Positions 1 to 11,930 of a DNA stretch of 52,453 bases are shown here, piece by piece. Below the pieces are notes generated by a model. The model made no database searches. It was not told where the DNA came from and was given only the letters and a program-made list of their open reading frames with translations. The translations under genes were made by a program, and so were the position numbers. The first letter of the stretch is position 1. Each line of letters begins with the position of its first letter. Source of the DNA: Girardia tigrina (Eukaryota); contig MQRK01218680.1 of NCBI GenBank assembly GCA_001938485.1, forward strand, positions 9,540 to 61,992. Reading direction: 5' to 3'.

Positions 1-559
1 CATAAATCCGAAATATAACTGAATACATTTTTCAATTTGTTTTGTGTTTTCCACTATTTCTACGAAATATTAAAGTGGTTTTAAAACTCTAGTTACTTTA
101 TGATAACCCTGTATAAGATCTTTTGATCCTAAAATTAACGTTCAAAATGCACTCTGGACAACTTGATTTAGAGTTTTTAGATGATTTATTGATTACATAA
201 TCATTACCAGCGGTATATAAGTGGGGACATGTCGTTTCTTCTCCGAAAAAAAACACTTTAATATAATTTAATAGCTCATAATTAAGTGATTAAAAAAACT
301 TAAATTATATTATTTTATCAAATAAAAATCTAAACTGTTCCAATTTTGCCATTGAATATTAATTTTTTGTCACTATAAAAATTTAGCAATTCTAAATTCA
401 TATTTCTTCATTATATATAAAGATTTCGTCATTGAATATAATAATCCGAGATAGCGTAAATTTTTTAGTAAAATACGCCTATACTTTTTTGCACTATGAT
501 CTATATATATTTAATAAAGAGAAGTTGAATAACAACTTAATAAAAGTCCTAATTTCCGT

Positions 560-1540
560 AAATTTTCATAATGGTTACATCTATGTTAAAGTCAAAAAGA
601 TCAAAGATAAAACAAAAACATTATTGCGTTGTCAGAAGAAACGAGAAGATAAATTATTGCAATCGACGTGTATGGACAAATACTCCGGATGGATCTTTCC
701 CTTCTATGCGTGTTCCACATATGGGTAGTAATACCGTTTGTGTTGCAGAAATAGAAATAGCCAATTTTAAGACATCTGTTAAAAGAAAAACAAACGAAAC
801 ATTCAAAAGACCTCAAGAAATAAGAATTTCAGTTTTCCAAAAAATTTGAAATGATTATTTAGGTAAATTTCATTCATGAAATACAATATAAAATTTATAT
901 ACCGAACTCTTGCCAAAGAAGGTACACCAAACCCAGAAACAGGACAGGAAATAGTTATTCCTAAAAATTATGAGACATTTCTAGCGATTCCTTCTGAGAG
1001 ACTCTAGATTTGGTGGTGCGAGTTAAGAATTTAAATATTTGGACGAGAGTGCTATAAAAACTAGACCGTTCAAAAGCGAGAAGTAGATATTAAATATGAA
1101 ATGACCGTTCTTGATGATTATCTACCTCCATAATTAAAACCAGTTTTAAGTTGGTTTGCAAACACATATATTGGTAGACTTCTACAAAATGGAACAAGAG
1201 CTTTATCTATTTTTTTCATTTGAAGTTTGGTCGGTTTTTCAGCACACCTTAATGGGGTCTGATAGACCAAATAATTTCGCTGAGGCCTACTATAGAAAGT
1301 TACAGCAAGGATATGGTGCCAGTTGTCTAGTAATATGGAAATTCATTAGTCACTTGCAAAAGATACAAAAGACATTTGACGCAGATTATTAACTTTTCAT
1401 CGTCGGATAAGAAGCACCACGGAAACGATGATAATATGAGGAGGCAGATTTGCGTATTCTCAATAAAATAAGAAACAATGAACGAAAGAACGTGTTGGAG
1501 ATTTGGCGTGGCTTATCTTATAATTTTCATATGAACTAAA
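560..1540 (+). mobile_element. Decayed Mutator-like (MULE) transposase with FLYWCH-like N-terminus
   Basis: HNGYIYVK...LRCQKK / YCNRRVWT resembles a FLYWCH finger. WSVF...DRPNNFAEAYYRKLQ...IWKFISHLQKIQ matches the MULE C-terminal RTNNxxEG/HPSIWKF motif. Stops and frameshifts present. Confidence 0.6.
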
Positions 1541-1975
1541 TAATTTTTGAGTTTAATAAAATTTACCATAGCAATATTTTTTCAAAAAAATTTTAATTTT
1601 ATACATCATTGGACCCAGTTGTCCTGTACAAAAACAGCGCAATAATAAAGACAGTTCAATAGAAAAGTTGAATTAAAAGCGTGAGGATTAAAACTAGTAA
1701 ATCAAAAAATTAAATTTTTTATATCCATTCTTTATGCAGACACAACTCTATTTTGCAAACAAAGTTTAAAAAATTTTAATTAAAAAAACAAAAAAATTAA
1801 TATAAACTACTTATAATTTATAAATAGATATCTTGCAATTACTATTGTTCGGGAACTCCGAATTTTCCATTTTTTCCGATTTTGAGATCTTAAAAAGTTT
1901 TCTTCGATCAAATTTTTACATAATCAAAAAATTGATTGCGTAAAATGCCTTCATAAAGAGGTTTCTAAATTCCAT

Positions 1976-1977
<2 letters not shown>

Positions 1978-2006
<29 letters not shown>
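1978..2006. repeat. (TA)n microsatellite
   Basis: Perfect TA dinucleotide run. Confidence 0.95.
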
Positions 2007-2009
<3 letters not shown>

Positions 2010-2118
2010 AGTAAGGTCATAAAAAGAATGGAATAACTTTTAGTTATGTTAAATTAATTTACAATTAAGATTATTAAAATAGATTTTAAAATCATATTGT
2101 AAAGTAATTAAGAAGATA

Positions 2119-2275
2119 CAGTCAGACCTCTCGTAACCGTCGGGATCGGTTTTTTCGAAAGTATGACTGATTGAGAGGTCGTTTTCCATGGCAATTTGAA
2201 GCTCCGTCAAATGAAAATAGTGAAGGAATGAGAGGGCTACGATTAGGAGAGGGACAGATACGAGAGGTCTGACTT
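2119..2275. mobile_element. Tc1/mariner/pogo-type MITE (~157 bp)
   Basis: TIRs CAGTCAGACCTCTCGTAACCGTC and GACAGATACGAGAGGTCTGACTT, flanked by TA on both sides; no ORF. Confidence 0.85.
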
Positions 2276-2597
2276 TAATAGAAATTATAGTTAGTATATC
2301 ATTTAAAATTAATTGTAATATACATGTTTAAAATTTAATTAGAAAGGAATATAAAAGCAGAGTTAAGGTTAAAAAATTATGATTTGTAAGTTATAAATTT
2401 GAAATAATATTGAATATAATACTAAACAGAACGAAATTAAGAATCGAACATAATTAATGATTTAAAATCATAAAAAATTACTATGCATAAATGTTGAAAT
2501 TATTCGTTGTTCGTATAAAATTGCTCCTCATAATTTTTAATTGTTATTTTAATAAATTGTTTTGTTATCTCATGAATTCTGATTTGGATATCGAACC

Positions 2598-2820
2598 AAA
2601 CAGACGACAGAGACGATAACTGCGTTCGATTAGAGAGAGAAATTCACTGATCGATTTTTTGTGATCAATCGTTTCTGTTTCTGCACATTGAGACGAATTA
2701 GAACGAGTTTCGTTTGAGGTGAATTTCTTTGTTTTTCAATAGGAAATTAACGATAAATTATTTAAAATGATCATCGAATTTTTTCATGTAATAAATACAT
2801 TCAGAATTGTCGGACGGTAA
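2598..2820 (-). pseudogene. Decayed partial paralog of orphan ORF 25088-25678
   Basis: Reverse complement aligns with ~25105-25347 (TTACCGTCCGAC...CTGTCGTCTGTTT) with small deletions; truncated by the LTR at 2821. Confidence 0.85.
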
Positions 2821-3421
2821 TGTGAGGAATATTTTAAATTTGGTATGTTGAAATTGGTTTGTTGAATTTTGTATGTTGGGTTTAGTATTTGGAAATGTGT
2901 TTCTCCCACCCAGATGGAAAATTGATATTTTGGATGTTCACGATCAATAATTATTCGAGTATAATTTATATTTTAAAGTACAGCATAAGATATTTTAAAA
3001 ATATTAAATCGTTCCAAATTTTCATATTAAAAATTTAAATAAAGTAAATAGCTTTAACTAAGTTTTGAATTAAATAAATGTTCTTTCTTTAAATAAAATC
3101 ATTTTTTAAATAAAATTAATATGTAGATAGAATTATTATTAAAATTACAAAATTTGAACTTTAAAAATAAAATCTGAAAATAATGAAAAATTTGTTCGAA
3201 TAATTGTTTATTAAAAAACATAAAAAAACAGAATATATAAGAATTTTCCAACATTTATTTAAAATATAAAAAATTACACAATAATGTGAATTAGTCACAA
3301 ATTTTCTGAATATTAAAACGCAGGAGATTTTATTAAGAATTCTTTGGATCCATTATTATATTATAATTATAAATAGAAATATGTTACTATAAATACTTAT
3401 ATAAATCTAATAATCCTCACA
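2821..3421 (-). mobile_element. 3' LTR of Gypsy element A (601 bp)
   Basis: Inverted termini TGTGAGGA...TCCTCACA; on the minus strand it is immediately preceded by PPT AAAGAGGGGGA (3422-3432) and the integrase C-terminus. Confidence 0.8.
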
Positions 3422-4370
3422 TCCCCCTCTTTAAAAGGTTTCAATCATTCTATATTCCTGCATATAACTCGATCTGATTTATTTATCAATCCAACACTAC
3501 GTTCATGTCTTTTGTATGGTCCTTCATATCGACTTTGTCTATTTTCTATCTTAACAAGCACGGTATCACCTTCGTTGAATATTCGCTTTTGTTTTTCATC
3601 CGATAATTTATTTGTTTCCATTTTTCTTATACATTCGATTAATTTTTTATTATCTATCACTAAAGTTATACGCTTCCCTAAAATCTCTTCCGTAGGACTG
3701 AATCATATTGTACTTTGTTTTGACGCATTAATACTGAACTCAATCTCTGATAAAAGTTCTATCCAATTTGTCTTTCTGCTTTCTTGTCATGCGGCATTTA
3801 TTGTATCACGTACCGTTCGAAACTGACGTTCAATTATTCTGTTTGCACTGTGATGGTATGGACTTGAAAAGTTAAGTTTAATCAACATGGATTTTGTGAA
3901 ATCTGTAAATGCTTTTGATTCAAAAACCTTCCATTGATCTACATGGAGACATGCAGGAGACCCGAATCTAAATATTCAACGCTTCAAAATCGTATTGATA
4001 ACTGTTATTTCTTCTTGGTTGCTCACTGCGTTCAAACTTATATGTCTACTTAACCTATCAATTATTCCTAGAATATATTTCTTTCAATTTATTACAGGCA
4101 TTAGCCCACAAAAATCCCTGTAAACATCCTCAAAGGGAGAGGATCATATTAGCGAATTCGTCTCTTTTTTTGTTGGTCCTGTATAATTTTTGCTTTCTGA
4201 CATGAACTACAACTACGCACTACCAAGTCTACCATTTTTGTAAAACCTTACATGACGTATTCCTCTTTCATAAAAGAGTATGTTTTCTTTATTCTGACAT
4301 GACATAGAAACCTATGAAAAATAAAATGCATTCTTTTCTCATTGTTTGAGGAATCCAAATTTGTCGATCG
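3422..4370 (-). mobile_element. Gypsy integrase remnant (element A)
   Basis: IWIP...FHRFLCH zinc-binding region, SSPYHHSANR core and F.EGD.VLV...RYEGPY (GPY/F) C-terminus; many stops. Confidence 0.8.
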
Positions 4371-5064
4371 ATCATGAGACTAAATTAACACTGGCTTTTT
4401 GCAGCTTATATATGAGAAAGGTGATTATGCAATCAATCGTGTAATGAAGGCTCTATTTGAAAATGTTTAACAGAGAAGTTGAGTGTGAAGCTTGAATATT
4501 AATTTTTGGATCCATGGATCTTATTAATAAGGCCTCACGCGTTACTCTCTCCCAGTAATTTTCAAATCGATTACACAGAATTTCAAAATCATTTTCTCCG
4601 ATTTTCTTTTTACATTTTAAATTATGTTCGGCAATATTGCTTCCATTATCCAACCGACTATGCTCTTTGATGCGTTTGCAGAGATGACGAGATGTCTCTC
4701 CAGTGTATGTGGCGTTACATTCATTACATGTATATTTATAAACAAGATCGGAGCACAAACCGAGAGGAGTGGGAGATTTATTACTGAACATATCACGAAT
4801 TTTATATGATTGGGAAATAATTTATAGATTCATGGTATTTGGGATCAAACTTTTCAAAATTGATNATTTTAAATGTTTAAAACCCTCTGAATAAGGAATC
4901 GATAAGATATACCTTGATTCAAGTGGGTTATAATTTGTATTAGGGGAAATGGTTTGATGAATCGTATTATTAAGATTTTTATTATTACTATTTGACTCAA
5001 TTAATATTTTATCTAAAGTTTGATGAGTTAATTTTTCGATAAATGATTTTGACCATCCATTCAT
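4371..5064 (-). mobile_element. Penelope-like element 3' fragment (GIY-YIG endonuclease plus part of the pLTR)
   Basis: ILSIPYS...LVYKYTCNECNATYTGETSRHLCKRIKEH...EALLIRSMDPKIN; its 3' UTR shares TTATGCAATCAAT and a TATA motif with the element at 41627. Confidence 0.9.
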
Positions 5065-7720
5065 GTGTTCCCTCAAGGGACCTTGTGACTGATCTATTGA
5101 TGGTGGTTCATTAAGTTCTAATGAAGTAATAATTTCCAGAATATTTTTATCTTCTCGTTGGATGTCCTTGATATGGTGAAGATCCATTGTGCTACAAGTT
5201 TTTAAATACTTTACTTTACTCTTACTTGTTTTAGCTCTGATATGTTTCGTCATACATTGAATGCACAATGATTCTGACAATCTTGAGATCCCATCTTGAA
5301 TGTTCTGATCCTTTCATGTACTGCAAGTCATATTGAAAACCCGACAGGTCTTTAATCTATGTCTAAAATTGAGAACTGAGTGGTTTGCTTGTCTGGGACA
5401 TAAATTAAAGTGCTTTATGATCGGTACGAGCCAAGAACTTTTTTCCATATAAATAATGCTTGAAATGCTGCATGTAATCTCTTAATGCTTGCAATTCCTT
5501 TCTGGTAACACAGTAGCCCTTTTCGTGCTCACTCAGGGTTCTCGATCCGTAAGCTATCACCCGTTCCGATCCATCTTCTTGAATTTGACTTAGTACTCCT
5601 CCAATAGCAGAGAAGCTGGCATCTGTATCTAGCACAATTTTTTCGTTAATATTAGGGATGCATAATACTTGACTTGTAGAAAGACACTTTTTAAGTTCAT
5701 CAAAACTGTCTGCACACTCCTGTGACCAGTAAAATTTCTCTTTAGCAGCACTGGCCGCATATAAAGGCTTTGATATTTTAGCAAAATCTTTGATAAATCC
5801 CCGGTAGTAATTGGCAAGACCCAAGAAAGAAAGCAATTGAGTTGCACATTTTGGAACCGGTGCTTCATTAATCGATTTGATTTTATCTTCACATGTTTCT
5901 ATTCGTATGCTACTTAGTACATTTCCTAAAAATCTAACTTCAAACGGCACTTCTGAGGATTGATTTTAAGACCTGCACTTGCAATACGACTAAAAACTTC
6001 CTCGAGCAGAACATCATGACCCTTCTCAGAGGAACTTTACACTAAAATAACAACATTAAGAACATAACTTATTAAGAACACCAACATGGGTTTTCAAACT
6101 TTTATTTTCATTACAATCAGAATTGTCTTTTGGACAACTCTCAGCGAAACTCTCGTCATTCGACATCGTTCTAAATTGATAATTTTTTTTATGTTTTTTA
6201 ATAAACAATTATTCGAACAAATTTTTCATTATTTTCTGATTTTATTTTTAAAATTCAGATTTCGTAGTTTTAGTATTAATTTTTATTTACATATTAATTT
6301 TATTTAAAAATTATTTTATGTAAAGAAAGAATATTTAATCAATTCAAAACTTAGTTAAAACTATTTATTTTATTTAAATTTTAATATGAAGATTTGAAAA
6401 GATTTAATATTTTTAATGTTTTTAAATATCTTATGTTGTACTTTAAAANNNNNNNNNNNNNNNNNNNNNNNNNNNNNNNNNNNNNNNNNNNNNNNNNNNN
6501 NNNNNNNNNNNNNNTCTAAAATATCAATTTTCCATCTGGGTGGGAGAAACACATTTCCAAATACTAAACTCAACATACAAAATTCAACAAACCAATTTCA
6601 ACATACCAAATTTAAAATATTCCTCACATATACAATCACTCTTTTATACAGCATATCGTGAAATATTTGATGCATTAAAGCTTGAAAAGTTGCTGGAGCA
6701 GTGCACAATCCAAAAGGTAAGCGATTGAAGCAAAATTCTCCAATTTTGGTACTAAAATCGGTTTTCAATTTTGACTACTCTTTTAACTCCACTCGGTAGT
6801 AAGCACTATCCTAGTCAATAGAAGAGAACAGAACTGCTCCACTCAGTGCATCCAAAAGGCCGTAGATATCTGGCACCGGAAATGTGAATTTTTCTGTAAT
6901 CGCACTTAATGGTCGGAAATCCAAGTACATTCGAATATTATTATCCTTTTTTCTTTACTACTACCAGCTAAGAGTTCTATGCTTTATGACTTGATTTTCT
7001 AATAACTGCTTTATCAGGATATTCACTTCAGTTTCCCAATGTAGAGGTAATCTTCTTTGACTGGTGAACCAGTTGTTTTAATGTGGTGTTTTAAAACCGT
7101 GTGTCCCAAATCTGAGAATAATCTGACATCGCAACTCGTATGAAAACCACGATACGTTCATGAATCGACTCTGGCTCCGTAATATTCCATGTACATAAAT
7201 GGCGTTAGTTCCTTCAGCACACTCTTCCCTCCTACAAATTTATTTTCCCGTATTCACTCCAGTTTGTTCTTAAACATAACACCTTGATTCCTTCTGATTG
7301 TTTCTTACTCCACTGCGTGCAACTCATCTGATGTCAACTCACTGATCACTTTTTCCGCTTTTTGCGTCGGTAGTTCCAAAGAAAACACATAAGAATCACT
7401 TTCACTCGAATTAATCGGTTCCAATCAGAATGTCTCAGGCAATAAACAGTTTACCTTCCAGAATGTTACTTCATCAAATATCTTCGACAGCAAGCCCGTA
7501 CGCTTCCGCCATTCTTCATCAACCTGTTTTTTCTCAGGCCTTTGTTGCCTCTTTGGTCAAAATCTCTCCTCCTGCTTCCGAAATTTGGTCTTTTGAACAA
7601 TCGATCGAAGTTTTTAATCCTCCATATTTTGCCCATGCGACAGCACATCCACAGCATTCTGTGTAGACGGTTCATATCTCCATCGCCCTTGTCCTTTCTC
7701 CAACACTAAAAAACCGAATG
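5065..7720 (-). mobile_element. Decayed Gypsy element B (possible gag tail, RT, RNase H, linker), interrupted at ~6050-6628
   Basis: FPVPDI..LLDAL, RLPFGLCTAPATFQ, FLGLANYYRGFI, LDTDASF, IAYGSR, RTDHKAL. Confidence 0.9.
6185..6628 (+). mobile_element. LTR fragment, inverted copy of 2821-~3230
   Basis: Reverse complement of the left part of LTR A, ending TCCTCACA at 6628; contains an N gap. Confidence 0.85.
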
Positions 7721-8280
7721 AAGGGTTTTCAGTTGTGATTCTTTTATGATTTTTTTAATAAACAATATTTGAGCTTGCAAACTGAAGGCTATACAATCAA
7801 ACACTATTATTACAATTAGAACTGTCTTTACATGCTATTGTCAACAATTAGTGCATTTATTTTATTTTTTCCTGATCTTTAAATTTATATTCTTTTTTAA
7901 TGAAATGAAACAAAATAATGAATTATTAATTATTAAATTTAATTATTAAAAATATTAAAGAATTGAATTATTTCAACAAATATTAATATTATAAAATGAC
8001 ATATAATTAAATTTAATAATTGCAAATTTTAGAGTTCTTAAATATTTCAAATTAAATTTATTTCAAAAATTATTATTAAAAAAACATTTGCAAAAATCAT
8101 ATACAAAACACAATATATAAAATATATTCATAATATTTTATTTGAAAGTTTTACTTAAATTCTTTATTTTGTATAATATAATATTTTGTTGTAAAAACAT
8201 TTTAAACATCAAATTTAATATAACTAAAAAGTTTTAATTCACACATTGTTTATGGTTAAATTATTTAATGCACAAATTAA

Positions 8281-8350
8281 TAAAATAAATAAATAAATAA
8301 AGTAAAAAAAATTTGTAATGTTAAAACATTTTTAAAGTAGTCCTTTTTTA
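8281..8350 (-). pseudogene. Relic 3' end of a third copy of the repeat-protein gene
   Basis: Reverse complement AAAAGGACTACTTTAAAAATGTTTTAACATTACAAA...TTTTACTTTATTTATTT matches the last codons and 3' flank of 15625-18216. Confidence 0.7.
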
Positions 8351-8726
8351 CCACTGACATTAAGAAAATTCATTAGTTATTTTATAAGTACAAATAAAAA
8401 TTTATAATTTAATTTACAACAATATTAATTATTTAGTTAATATTTAGAAACTATGAATGACTTTATTTATTTGTTATTACAATAAATAAATGTGTGACAA
8501 AATTAATATTTTGTAGCTGAATAAAACAACTAATTAATCAAAAACGATTTAATTAAAAACCTAATTAAATTAAATGAAAACTGTCTTCTATATTTTGATC
8601 AGGATTTTGATTAAAATTGATAAAAATCTCATTTTAGAATTGAAATATTTTCAAGCATTAAAACGTAAAGATAATAAAATATAATTCCAAAAATTAAAAA
8701 ATAATTATAATTTAAAATTTATTATG

Positions 8727-10829
8727 TTAAAACATTTTTGAAAGTAGTCCTTGTAATTTATTTCCGACTTCTACATTTCGGTGGTTGACTTCTTTCGGTT
8801 TCGGGGCCTCAAATGTCGTCGATATTAAATTTCGTAATCTTTCTTCGACTTCTTTATTCTTTTGATTAATATTTTGTTTACTAACGTTTCTATTTTCTGA
8901 CATTTTTATCTCTTGTGTTATGTTTTCTAAATTTTTATTTTTTCGCATTCTTTTTTGTTTTTCTTTAACTATTTCATCGTTAGTCGATTTATCATTTGCG
9001 AATTCTTGTTGCATTTTATTATCAATTTGATGTTGCTTGTGTACTTCAAATGGATTTTCGATATTATTCAACTTTTGTTTCTTGTTTGACATTTTATTTA
9101 TTTTGTTATTTTCGGTTTTACTTTGTCGTTTTCTTGTTTTAACTAACATATTTTTACTATCTTCTTTTGGTATTCTTCCAATCTCAACTTCATTTACATT
9201 TTGTCTTTTATTTTCTTCTCGCTGTCCTTGATTATCTATAATATGTTGCTTGATTATTTCATACAGGCTTTCGCTTTCATTTAACTTTCTTCTTTTAATT
9301 GCAATTTTAATTGTCTTTTCACTTTCGGTTTGTATTTGTCGTTTTCTTGTTTTTACTAATTGTTTCTTATTTTCTGTTTCTTCAAATTGACTTTTAATCT
9401 CTATTTGTTTTAGGTTTTCTTGTTGTATTTGTCTTTCTACTTCTATCTGTCTTTGCTTTTCCTGTTTGAATTGATTATCGATTTCAATTTGTTTAATCTC
9501 TTGTAATTGTCTTTCAATTTCTGCTCGCCTAATTTCCTGAAGTTCTTTTTCTAATTCAATCTTTTTTGCTCTTTGCATTTCGATTTCGATTTTTCTTTTA
9601 TTTTCTTCCTCCAATCGTTTTTGAATCTCAATTTGTCTAATTCTTTCTTTCTCGAGTTCGATCTGTTGTGCTCTTTGCATTTCGATTTCCATTTTTCTTT
9701 TATTTTCTTCTTCCAATTGTTTTTGAATCTCAATTTGTCTAATTCTTTCTTTCTCGAGTTCGATCTGTTGTGCTCTTTGCATATCGATTTCCATTTTTGT
9801 TTTATTTTCTTCTTCTAATCGTTCTTGAATCTCAATTTGTCTGATTCTTTCTATCTCGAGTTCGATCTGTTGTGCTCTTTGCATTTCGATTTCGATTTTT
9901 CTTTTATTTTCTTCCTCTAATCGTTCTTGAATCTCAATTTGTCTAATTCTTTCTTTCTCAAGTTCGATCTGTTGTGCTCTTTGCATTTCGATTTCCATTT
10001 TTCTTTTATTTTCTTCCTCCAATCGTTCTTGAATCTCAATTTGTCTGATTCTTTCTGTCTCTAGTTCAATTGCTTTCAATTTTTCTATTTTTTGGAGCTT
10101 TTTCTTGTCAAGTAGAATTTCTTTTTGTCTTTTATCTTCTTGTTCTTTTGCAACTGTTCTTTGTAGAAATACTAATCTTTTTTCCTGTTGAGAAATAGAA
10201 GGTAAAAGAATATTGAAGTTTATTAATTCATTTTCTGTTTCTGATAAGTTATTCAATTGTTTATAGAAATCTGTAATGACTTTTTGATCTTTTAATTCGA
10301 TAATTTTTATTTGATTATTGGAATCATTTTTGACTTGCTGATTTTCTGATTGATCAATATTAATGTCTTCAACAAGATCTTTAACAGTCTCTTCAGCTTC
10401 TGACTGATTAATATTAATTTGTCCATCAAAACTTTTATTGATTTCTTGATTTTCTGACTCAATAATATCTATTTGTACAACAAAATCTTCATTAACTTGA
10501 TCTTCTGGTTCAAAACTGTTTATTTGTTTATCGAAATCTTTTATAACTTCTGGGATTTCCGATTGATCAATATTAATATTTTCATCAAGATCTTTAACAA
10601 TCTCTTCACCTTCTGACTGATTTATATTTATTTGTTCATTGAAATCTGTGATAACTTCTCGATCTTCTGATTGATTATAATGATCGTTAGTGCAATTCAA
10701 TTTGCACGTGTTTCTGATATCGTTTAAGCACATATCGTTTAATACTTTTGCATTTTCGATCATAAATTGAGCACAAAGTAAAACATTTTGGTCATTGATA
10801 TTATTACATTTTGTAAAATATTTATTCAT
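8727..10829 (-). CDS. 700-aa orphan charged repeat protein (18-aa acidic repeats, 5 x 34-aa E/R/K/Q helical repeats, duplicated basic NLS-like module)
   Basis: Uninterrupted 2.1-kb ORF in very AT-rich DNA; near-identical paralog at 15625; AAATTT motif just upstream of the ATG. Confidence 0.9.
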   Translation of the reverse strand: MNKYFTKCNNINDQNVLLCAQFMIENAKVLNDMCLNDIRNTCKLNCTNDHYNQSEDREVITDFNEQININQSEGEEIVKDLDENINIDQSEIPEVIKDFDKQINSFEPEDQVNEDFVVQIDIIESENQEINKSFDGQININQSEAEETVKDLVEDINIDQSENQQVKNDSNNQIKIIELKDQKVITDFYKQLNNLSETENELINFNILLPSISQQEKRLVFLQRTVAKEQEDKRQKEILLDKKKLQKIEKLKAIELETERIRQIEIQERLEEENKRKMEIEMQRAQQIELEKERIRQIEIQERLEEENKRKIEIEMQRAQQIELEIERIRQIEIQERLEEENKTKMEIDMQRAQQIELEKERIRQIEIQKQLEEENKRKMEIEMQRAQQIELEKERIRQIEIQKRLEEENKRKIEIEMQRAKKIELEKELQEIRRAEIERQLQEIKQIEIDNQFKQEKQRQIEVERQIQQENLKQIEIKSQFEETENKKQLVKTRKRQIQTESEKTIKIAIKRRKLNESESLYEIIKQHIIDNQGQREENKRQNVNEVEIGRIPKEDSKNMLVKTRKRQSKTENNKINKMSNKKQKLNNIENPFEVHKQHQIDNKMQQEFANDKSTNDEIVKEKQKRMRKNKNLENITQEIKMSENRNVSKQNINQKNKEVEERLRNLISTTFEAPKPKEVNHRNVEVGNKLQGLLSKMF
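9540..10049 (-). repeat. Coding tandem repeat, 5 x 102 bp
   Basis: Unit IRQIEIQERLEEENKRKMEIEMQRAQQIELEKER. Confidence 0.95.
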
Positions 10830-11119
10830 TATTGTTACAAATTTTATATATAAATGTATATTAAAAAATATATAAATGGTAACAGATATTTATTAAATAA
10901 TAATTAAATTAAAATTGATTGGTTAAAATTATTCAAAAACTTTTTTTTGATATTTTAATTTTTAAATAAACTGTTGAAATAAAGATTTATTTGAATTATA
11001 TTTTTTGTATCCTGATTTTTGAAAAATATATCAAAAAAATATATTCAAAAGAATATCATTTTCATTAAAAATGTCATAAACAGTTAAAACGATTCACTAG
11101 CAAACATTAGATTTAATAA

Positions 11120-11930
11120 TTTATGAAATATCTTCTCTAACATTAATGTCTACAACGTATCTTACTGGTATAATCATCTGTGCATCTTTAAATACATCTG
11201 TTTTTTAATCCACTTGTAATGCGAAATAAGATGATTTTACTTTTTCTAGTAATTGATCGAAAAATTCTTCCAATTTATCGGAAACTCTTCTTCCCACCAT
11301 ATTATATGCGAGTGGAATCATTCTAAGTTGATTTGCATAGAATCGTAGCTGTTAAGTTAGTGGTTGTGTTCTGATGAAAACTTAGATGATAAAATTTTTG
11401 AAACTTTTATTTAATATCAACAATATAACATAATATTTAAACAAATTTTGTTTCAGTAAATTTCTGAGGAACACTTTTTCATTTTTCTTGCACAAATCAA
11501 TAATATCAAAATAAATAGTAAATATAAATATATAGTTTCATTAAATCTAAATTATATTATTTTTGAAATCTTTTATTTTGTATTTTTTAAAACTATTTAT
11601 TGAAACCGCTTTTTAAAATTTCTAAAATCTTTAATTTAACATAACTTTATATTTCATTTTTTTATTTTAAATATTGTATTAAGTTGTAAGAAGTTGTTTA
11701 GTTAAATTTTAATTCAAAAATTTAGAAGAGTTTCCAAAAATTCTCACAGTAGCTATCATGTCAATAGCTGCAGGTTACTCTTATTGAATGAGCTTCTTTA
11801 CATGAAGAAATTCTATACGCAAACTTAAGCAATTGATTTAAGCAATGATTTTGATGTTACTGACGTGGCCAATAAAAATGTTTTTTGTTGTTTATTTAAA
11901 ATCTCTAATTTTTTGAAAAAAATTGCTTGA
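11120..11930 (-). mobile_element. hAT (Buster/Charlie-type) transposase remnant split by an AT-rich insert (~11350-11740)
   Basis: FFKKLEILNKQQKTF...AYRISSCKEAHSI...PAAIDMI, then IPLAYNMVGRRVSD...YFALQVD*KTDVFKDAQMIIPVRYV, compared with the family pattern IPLSNNTV.RRI...FALQLDESTD...AQL..FVRY. Confidence 0.8.

Noticed and set aside
4822-5280. 152-aa ORF as a novel gene
   Set aside because: Chance in-frame fusion of the Gypsy RH-IN linker and Penelope sequence at ~5065.
11360-11430. Third hammerhead (CTGATGA...GAAAC)
   Set aside because: Helix II pairs poorly and helix III has a mismatch; at best a decayed relic in AT-rich DNA.
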